From Sulfurimonadaceae bacterium (GTDB lineage: Bacteria > Campylobacterota > Campylobacteria > Campylobacterales > Sulfurimonadaceae), in NCBI GenBank assembly GCA_041571435.1, contig JBFFUI010000001.1:1-64000 (forward strand): a DNA stretch of 64,000 bases, in the 5' to 3' direction. Below the pieces are notes generated by a model. It saw only the letters and a program-made list of their open reading frames with translations. It was not told the DNA's origin and ran no database searches. Positions 57,653-64,000 of the stretch are shown here, in pieces. Position 1 is the first letter of the stretch, and each line of letters begins with the position of its first letter. The translations under genes and the position numbers were made by a program.

Positions 57653-59368
57653 ATGGATAAACTTAATGACCTGTTTCTGTTTTCTATCCAGTTGTTTGTC
57701 ATTGTTTTCATCATGTACACGATCTACAAATTCATCTACGACCGCTTTTTGCAGCACAAAAGTACCCTGCTGGAAAACTACCCGGTACTCGGCAGGATAC
57801 GCTATCTTTGCGAAGCGATCCGCGAACCGATGCGCCAGTACTTCGGCTCCGAGGACGGTTTCGGTACCCGCGACAAACTCGACTGGGTCTACAAAGCTGC
57901 AAAGAACCAGAAAAACTATATCTCCTTCGCGCTTGGTTCCAAGACCAATGAGGCGAAATACATCCTCAAGCATGCCAACTTCGCACTCAACGACAACGAA
58001 GTAAGCGACGATATGTCGGTGACGTTCGGTGCAGATCTTCAGCATCCCTACACCAGCCACTCCATCGTGATCCGTTCCGCCATGAGCGACGGGGCACTCA
58101 GCCCCGAAGCGACCCGGGCATTTTCGCGCGCTTCATACTTGGATCAATTCCCCATCAACACCGGCGAAGGGGGACTGACATCTAACCTCTTCGAGACGCA
58201 CGCTATACCGGACACGCACGACTACCTTGTCACACGTTCAGGCAGCGCTTGGCAGCGCGCGCTTTACCGCATGGCGTACAAGATTGTCAGCCCCATTTAT
58301 GCCATCCGTCTCTACAGAAAACTGCTCCTTCCCAAAGAGGAACGCTACCGCTATATCCTCGACCGCGAGAAACTTGTCTTTTTCCATCCGGACTGGAACG
58401 CGCCACTTGAGAGCTTCCCGCAAGAGGTGCCCGAGGATATGCCTGACATCGTTTTGCAGATAGGTTCGGGACTCTACGGCGTACGCAATGCGACAGGCGA
58501 GTTCGATCCGCAGCGTTACAAGAAAGTGATGCGTTTCTGCCGGATGACCGAGATCAAGCTCGCCCAGGGGGCAAAACAGACGGGCGGAAAACTCACCGGC
58601 AGCAAAGTCACCTCGGATATAGCCTACTATAGGGGTGTCAATGCCGGCGTCGACCTCTTCAGCCCGAACCGTTTTCCCTACGGCAAAGACTTGGAGACGT
58701 TCATAGGTTTTGTCGACAACCTGAAAACGCTCTCGGAAAAACCCGTAGGGATCAAGATCGTGATCTCCGACAAGGACTATGTCGACACACTGCTTGCGAC
58801 CATGAAACAGTACAGTGACGAAGGCAAACGCATCATCGACTTCATCACCGTCGACAGCGGCGAAGGGGGAAGCGCCACCGCACCGCTTGCCATGATGGAA
58901 GCCGTGGGACTGCCGCTGGACAGTTCCCTGTTCATCCTCGATACGCTGCTCAAGAAGCATAAGCTGCGAGACCAGGTGAAGGTCATCGCCAGCGGCAAGA
59001 TACTGACGCCTGACGATGTCATCACCACCCTCGCACTGGGTGCCGACATGATCTCGATCGGCAGGGGTTTCATGCTCAGTGCGGGATGCATCCGTGCACG
59101 GGTCTGCTCCGGTGCGACCGGGCAGGCCTGCCCGGTCGGACTTGCCACCCAGGACCCAGGGAAACGGGCCTCCTTTCATGTCATCGAAAAATCCCGCACG
59201 ATCGCCAACTACCACCACAACCTGATCAACGGGGTCAAAGAGATGCTCGCCATTCTCGGCAAGAAAAAGGTCAATATGCTAAACATCCGCGACCTGACCT
59301 ACATCAAAAAAGACGGTGAAGTCTTTTACGATGTCCAAGAATACCTTCACCAGAAGGTCCATGTTTGA
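57653..59368 (+). CDS. FMN-binding glutamate synthase family protein
   Basis: SAMSDGALS, NTGEGG, EIKLAQGAK, EGGSATAP, GCIRARVC...CPVGLATQD. Confidence 0.9.
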   Translation: MDKLNDLFLFSIQLFVIVFIMYTIYKFIYDRFLQHKSTLLENYPVLGRIRYLCEAIREPMRQYFGSEDGFGTRDKLDWVYKAAKNQKNYISFALGSKTNEAKYILKHANFALNDNEVSDDMSVTFGADLQHPYTSHSIVIRSAMSDGALSPEATRAFSRASYLDQFPINTGEGGLTSNLFETHAIPDTHDYLVTRSGSAWQRALYRMAYKIVSPIYAIRLYRKLLLPKEERYRYILDREKLVFFHPDWNAPLESFPQEVPEDMPDIVLQIGSGLYGVRNATGEFDPQRYKKVMRFCRMTEIKLAQGAKQTGGKLTGSKVTSDIAYYRGVNAGVDLFSPNRFPYGKDLETFIGFVDNLKTLSEKPVGIKIVISDKDYVDTLLATMKQYSDEGKRIIDFITVDSGEGGSATAPLAMMEAVGLPLDSSLFILDTLLKKHKLRDQVKVIASGKILTPDDVITTLALGADMISIGRGFMLSAGCIRARVCSGATGQACPVGLATQDPGKRASFHVIEKSRTIANYHHNLINGVKEMLAILGKKKVNMLNIRDLTYIKKDGEVFYDVQEYLHQKVHV

Positions 59369-59384
59369 GCATTAAAACCGCCGC

Positions 59385-59415
59385 GGTCTGCAGCTGGTAA
59401 CGGCTAGCGGGAGCG
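59385..59415 (+). repeat. 31-bp direct repeat, copy 2
   Basis: Identical to 57423-57453. Confidence 0.9.
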
Positions 59416-59506
59416 CTCTCTCCCCTTCATTGCTTCTTTGCCCTTTGCCCGTTTTCCTTTGAGGGATATACTATGCGGATACCCCTAAGAAAACAAGGAG
59501 ACCCCC

Positions 59507-60094
59507 ATGCCGAACATCCTAATACTAAACCTGCACCAGAAGTACGAAGGCTTCGCCGAAGGCAAGCTGAACAAGACGATCACCGAAGCGGCGAAACGCT
59601 TTTTCGAACAGCGAGGCTTCAGCGTCGAAGAGACCGTCATCGATGAGGGCTACGAAATCTCCGAAGAGCTGGAGAAGTTCGGCCGCGCCGACACCATTTT
59701 CGTCCAGAGCCCCGTCTACTGGATGGGGCTGCCGTGGCTGGGCAAAAAGTACCTCGACGAGATCCTCTCGGGCGGCTACGGCAGCGTCACCTACAACAAC
59801 GACGGGCGCGCGGACGGCGGCAAGTACGGCAGCGGCGGCCTGATGAAGCCAAAGCGCTACATGCTCAGCTTTACCTACAACTGCCCGACGAGCGAATTTG
59901 ACAATCCCGACGGCTTTTTCGAAGGGCTCAGCGTTGACGGGGCGAACGTCGCGCTGCACAAGGCCTTCCAATTCTGCGGAGCAACGCCGCTGGAGAGCTT
60001 CTCCGTCCACGACGTCTACGGCAAAGGGTTCGAACTCGCCCCCAACCTCGAACGTCTGCAAGCCCTGCTGGAACGCAACTTCCCCACAGCATAA
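59507..60094 (+). CDS. mdaB: NAD(P)H:quinone oxidoreductase, MdaB/flavodoxin-2 family
   Basis: PVYWMGLPWLGKKYLDE, DGR...YGSGG, YMLSFTYN. Confidence 0.88.
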   Translation: MPNILILNLHQKYEGFAEGKLNKTITEAAKRFFEQRGFSVEETVIDEGYEISEELEKFGRADTIFVQSPVYWMGLPWLGKKYLDEILSGGYGSVTYNNDGRADGGKYGSGGLMKPKRYMLSFTYNCPTSEFDNPDGFFEGLSVDGANVALHKAFQFCGATPLESFSVHDVYGKGFELAPNLERLQALLERNFPTA

Positions 60095-60098
60095 CGCA

Positions 60099-60197
60099 CC
60101 GACCAAGCGCTCTATCTTGCGAAAAACTGGGGGAAAATAGGGTTTGCAGCTGGTGATAGTATAGCAATAGCGAGAACTTTCGTTCATCAGCTTTTGA
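60099..60197 (+). repeat. Degenerate third copy of the GGDEF-tail/nifE-fragment repeat
   Basis: Aligns with 57380-57480 (AAGCGCTCTATCTTGCGAAAAA...GCAGCTGGT...TCGTTCATCAGCT). Confidence 0.8.
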
Positions 60198-60273
60198 CAG
60201 TGCCAGTCCGTAAAAAGATCGCGGAGCAGGAAGCGGCAGACGCCCACTAAGCTACACCCCGGGAGTTGAACCT

Positions 60274-60753
60274 CTAGGCGTTGTTCCATGCAAGTTCATA
60301 ACCGCTGATGATCTCTTTTTGGATGAGGACCTCTCGTATGAGATTAAATCCCGCATTCCCTATGGGAAACACTTCAAACTGCATCGTCAGTCTGTCTAGG
60401 CCCAGGCGTTCTTTGTTTTGAAACGCGATGATGCCAGTCCACATCCCTTTTGAGACACCCACTTTCAGACTCGAAAGTTCTATGCTCCGCTTTCCGAAGA
60501 AAAACCACTCTTTTGTAATGCGCGTCTTGCCGATGGTAAGGCGCTTAAAAAAGCTGACATCAAAAAGCTTGACCAGACCTGCGGCCAACACGAAGCTGCC
60601 GAAGATCGAAGTAATGCAATGGTTTAGATAGAGCATTAGTAACCCCACTACGATCATCGTAAGTGATCCCATTGCCATAACAATGCGTTTATCATCATCA
60701 TATACGAAGGTATAGACCGGTCTCTCTCTTTCCATTACTGTCGTCAGGTACAC
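60274..60753 (-). CDS. Hypothetical membrane protein
   Basis: Two TM helices plus a PH-like tail; start uncertain. Confidence 0.55.
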   Translation of the reverse strand: MYLTTVMERERPVYTFVYDDDKRIVMAMGSLTMIVVGLLMLYLNHCITSIFGSFVLAAGLVKLFDVSFFKRLTIGKTRITKEWFFFGKRSIELSSLKVGVSKGMWTGIIAFQNKERLGLDRLTMQFEVFPIGNAGFNLIREVLIQKEIISGYELAWNNA

Positions 60754-61001
60754 ATCAACTCTCTTATAACTTTTCTATTTAGTCTATATTCTAGTGGTAT
60801 AAAACTTAAACTACATCATACGCAATAACATCTTTTGTTTCTATAGAACAGCTATCTTTTCGATCAGCCGCTTGTGCCACCCTGCTAAAATTTAATCACT
60901 TTCTTGCTGCAGCTGTCCAAAAAAATGGCCATACGGGCGCTACCCCCTCTTCTCAAAATATCGCTACAATAGAGGCATAACTGTTTCAAAAGGAGCCTCC
61001 T

Positions 61002-61745
61002 GTGAAAGCGTTACTGTGTGATATAGGCGGGGTGCTGTATGTGGGGGAGACGCCCATAGAAGGTGCTGTTGAGGCGATCGCCCTGTTGAAAAAACGCGTG
61101 CCGGTGCGGTTTTTGACCAACACCACCCAGAAGACGGGCGCCCAGGTGGTCGAAAAACTGCTGAAGATGGGCTTTGACATCGAACCCTCCGAAGTCATCA
61201 CGGCGCTCGACGTCACGAAGATGCTGCTTGAGCGCGAAAAGAGCGGGGCCCTCTTCCTCCTCACCGATGACGCGACACGCTTTTTCGACGACCTCCCCAA
61301 AGAGCCCTGCCACTACGTCGTGGTCGGCGACGCGCAACAGAACTTCAGCTACGAGAACCTCAACCGGGCCTTCAAGGTGCTGCTGCAGGGCGGCGAACTG
61401 CTTGCCGCGGCGAAGAACCGCTACTTCAAGGACCATGACGGCGAACTGAGCATGGATGCCGGCGGGTTCGTGGCGACGCTGGAGTACGCCAGCGGTCAGG
61501 AGGCCCGCATCGTCGGCAAGCCCAGCAAGGCCTTCTACCACCTCGCCTGCAGCGCAATGGGGATGAAGCCCGAAGAGACGGTGATGGTGGGCGACGACAT
61601 CGAAGGCGATGTCCTCGGGGCACAGGAGGCCGGTATCAAAGCCGTCCTCGTGAAGAGCGGGAAGTTCTCGCCGCAGGACCTCGAGCGCGGCATCACCCCG
61701 GACGCGCTCCTGGACTCCGTCGCAGAGATCGGCACCCTATTCTGA
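61002..61745 (+). CDS. HAD-IIA hydrolase (LHPP/HDHD2-like)
   Basis: CDIGGVLY, LTNTT, GKPS, MVGDDIEGDV. Confidence 0.9.
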   Translation: MKALLCDIGGVLYVGETPIEGAVEAIALLKKRVPVRFLTNTTQKTGAQVVEKLLKMGFDIEPSEVITALDVTKMLLEREKSGALFLLTDDATRFFDDLPKEPCHYVVVGDAQQNFSYENLNRAFKVLLQGGELLAAAKNRYFKDHDGELSMDAGGFVATLEYASGQEARIVGKPSKAFYHLACSAMGMKPEETVMVGDDIEGDVLGAQEAGIKAVLVKSGKFSPQDLERGITPDALLDSVAEIGTLF

Positions 61746-61812
61746 CGGAGGCCGCTCGAAAACTGTGTGCTTTAGCAGCTAGCCTCTCTGCGCGCTGTGA
61801 ACTGGAGTGCTG

Positions 61813-63759
61813 CTAGGCCATACACCTCTTGTCAACGACCACACGGTTTCTGCCGTCCGCCTTGGCCTCGTAGAGTGCCCGGTCCGCTTGCTTGAGCGTC
61901 TCTTTAAAATCTTCGCCTTCACAGTGACAGGCACCCCCGATACTGGCTGTCAAGTGGCCGACCTGCGGAAAGCTGTCGACACTGATATGCTTGCGTATCT
62001 TCTCCGCGATCTGCGTCACATTCTCGATCGAATCCACCATTGTCAACAGCAGGAACTCCTCGCCGCCCCAACGGATCAGGTAGTCCTCCTGACGCACGGT
62101 CTCACGGATGATCTCGACAAACCGCTTGAGCACCTCGTCACCGCTCGCATGGCCGTAGGTGTCGTTGACCCGTTTGAAATAGTCGATATCCAGCATGACA
62201 ACACCCAGCTTTTTCCCTTTTGCCTTGACGGCAAGCTCGATGGCATTCAGGTTTGTCTCCAAAAACTCACGGTTGTAAGCGTCGGTCAGCTTGTCGCGGG
62301 AGGCTCTCTCTTCCAGTTTTGCCTGCTGGCTGATCGTCAGACTGATGTCGGTGAAGGTCGCAATGTAGTTGTGTTCGCCGACATGGTTGATGGCCACGGT
62401 AAAAATATGTTTTGAACCTTTTCTGTTCGTCATGGCAACGATGCGCTGCGTTGCCGGCAGCGCGCAGAGCGCGTCAATCCAGCTTTGCCCCTTTGGCACT
62501 TTGCCGAGATGAAAATAGCGTTCGTCTTCGATAAAGAGCTCGCGAATGCTGTCATGCTCCTCCTGAAACGCTGAGAGCGAGGGATAACCGAAGGAGTCGA
62601 AGAAGAGCTTGTTGGCGTACTCTATATGTTGACCGTCGGTCAGTACGACGATGTTCTTTTGCAGCTCCAAAAGGTTGTGAAGACGCTGACGTTCCGACTC
62701 TATCTTGTATTTTTGGTCATCAAAACGGCACAACAGATAGAACAGCAGTCCCAGCAGTGCCGTACCGCCAATGATCAAGAATATCGGACGGCTCGCGACA
62801 TACTGGATGTCCTTGTGCTTTCTGTTGAGAATGATGTAGCCTATCGTCTCTTTCGTGACCGCATTGACAAGCGGCAAAAAGGTCAAAATATGAAAACTTT
62901 TGCTTCCCGGTTCGATAAAGCTGTAGGGTTCGTCGCCGAGCAGCTTTTGCTGTGCCTCCCCGTGCGACTCCATGTATTTGCCTATCAGCCTGTTCGTCTC
63001 GGGATTGCGCAGCGACAGGATCTCCCGCTCGTTCATAAAACCGTCGAAGACCTCACAGGGCATGTAGTTCTGTTGTTCGTTCGAAAAGACCTTCCTCTCG
63101 ACGACATCTTTTCGGATGATAAAATCGACATCGGCCCGGGTGGCCTCGCGGAACTTCTCAAGAATTGTTTTGATGGAGACGGAGAGCTCCACGCTGCCGA
63201 TCGGCTGCATGCCGTCGAACAGCGGGTAGACAAAACGGTAGCCGTTAAAGATACGCCCCTCTTCAAAACCCTCTATCGGTTGATGTGTACGATTGACGTA
63301 CGCCACCGTGCCCCGTATGTCGCTCAGGTTATCGCCGAACGTTTCCGGGCGGTGAAACCGCAGAAAGCTGTCGTTGTTTTTCAGGTGAAAGTGGAGCTGC
63401 TTGAGATGGTTAAGCTGAATGTTCTCATAGACCGGCAGCAGTCTGTTGTAGAGCTGCTCGCGGATCTCTTGTTGGCGCTGAGGCGACGCGCTGGCGGCAT
63501 CGCGGTAGAGAGAGATGATCTCCGGCACCTGGATCCGGTTGTAAAAGACGATGTCCGACTGCGATTTCAAGGCACTTACGATGATGCTGAACGCCGTCGA
63601 CATCATCTCCTTTTCCGCATTGAGCTGTTCGCTGAGACGCTCTTCACGCAGTCTTAGCAGCAGGACAATAAACGTTACGGCAGTGATCATAAAAAAGAAC
63701 ATGTATTTAACAAAAAGCTTCTTTTTTATACTGTCACTGCGTTTCGTTTTTGCTGTCAT
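61813..63759 (-). CDS. Diguanylate cyclase with periplasmic Cache-like and PAS-like domains
   Basis: TM-Cache(SFLRFHRPETFGD)-TM-PAS; DKLTDAYNR, RQED, GGEEF. Confidence 0.9.
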   Translation of the reverse strand: MTAKTKRSDSIKKKLFVKYMFFFMITAVTFIVLLLRLREERLSEQLNAEKEMMSTAFSIIVSALKSQSDIVFYNRIQVPEIISLYRDAASASPQRQQEIREQLYNRLLPVYENIQLNHLKQLHFHLKNNDSFLRFHRPETFGDNLSDIRGTVAYVNRTHQPIEGFEEGRIFNGYRFVYPLFDGMQPIGSVELSVSIKTILEKFREATRADVDFIIRKDVVERKVFSNEQQNYMPCEVFDGFMNEREILSLRNPETNRLIGKYMESHGEAQQKLLGDEPYSFIEPGSKSFHILTFLPLVNAVTKETIGYIILNRKHKDIQYVASRPIFLIIGGTALLGLLFYLLCRFDDQKYKIESERQRLHNLLELQKNIVVLTDGQHIEYANKLFFDSFGYPSLSAFQEEHDSIRELFIEDERYFHLGKVPKGQSWIDALCALPATQRIVAMTNRKGSKHIFTVAINHVGEHNYIATFTDISLTISQQAKLEERASRDKLTDAYNREFLETNLNAIELAVKAKGKKLGVVMLDIDYFKRVNDTYGHASGDEVLKRFVEIIRETVRQEDYLIRWGGEEFLLLTMVDSIENVTQIAEKIRKHISVDSFPQVGHLTASIGGACHCEGEDFKETLKQADRALYEAKADGRNRVVVDKRCMA

Positions 63760-64000
63760 ATCAGACAGTGTCCTGTTGTCGAACGATCATTTATCCTTCT
63801 CGCCTGTCGCTGTTGGCGCCTGCATAAAATGCATCACCGGACGACAGTTATAACTATGGTTCTATAGTATTAGTGTACACAAAATCAGGGAGAATCGGCT
63901 CTCTATCATTGACCTATAATCAAAAGTTAAGACATCTGTTACATTTTAGTAGTATCATAATAGTAGACCTACCTATGGGAGAAGATCATGGAACCGAATT

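Noticed and set aside
1-64000. CRISPR array or cas genes
   Set aside because: No regularly spaced repeat-spacer series or Cas-like ORF seen; the 57-60 kb repeats are gene fragments kilobases apart

Overview
Chromosomal window from a Campylobacterota (Epsilonproteobacteria) genome, probably Sulfurimonas/Sulfurovum-like. This is inferred from gene content (fused CcsBA, PglB, MqnA, NrfJ-like protein, TGnTATAAT promoters). Housekeeping content includes moaD-moaE-moeA, mqnA, a large NAD-glutamate dehydrogenase, malic enzyme, gltX, accB/accC, dcd, ilvD, a pglB N-glycosylation locus and tRNA-Gly/Leu/Cys/Ser. The standout is a ~19 kb multiheme-cytochrome locus (10.6-29.6 kb; 39 CxxCH motifs plus 3 non-canonical motifs counted by eye). 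It centres on a secreted tetraheme protein with the motif layout of the Geobacter nanowire cytochrome OmcE. That gene is followed by two NHL beta-propellers, a PpiC chaperone, an outer-membrane beta-barrel, an OmcE-domain-fused ~12-heme protein, a CcsBA heme lyase, periplasmic 8- and ~12-heme relays and a tetraheme/diguanylate-cyclase pair. Together these look like a cytochrome-nanowire/extracellular-electron-transfer system in a lineage where I do not know of a characterised one. Other notable structure: a Y1/HUH (RAYT-like) transposase with perfect 28-bp terminal inverted repeats that truncates a gene; integrase-less attC cassettes after tRNA-Ser; a collapsed nif cluster (NifE N-terminus fused in frame to another protein, with a mutated sigma-54 promoter); and chimeric direct repeats at 57-60 kb. 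All family assignments come from motif recognition, not database searches.
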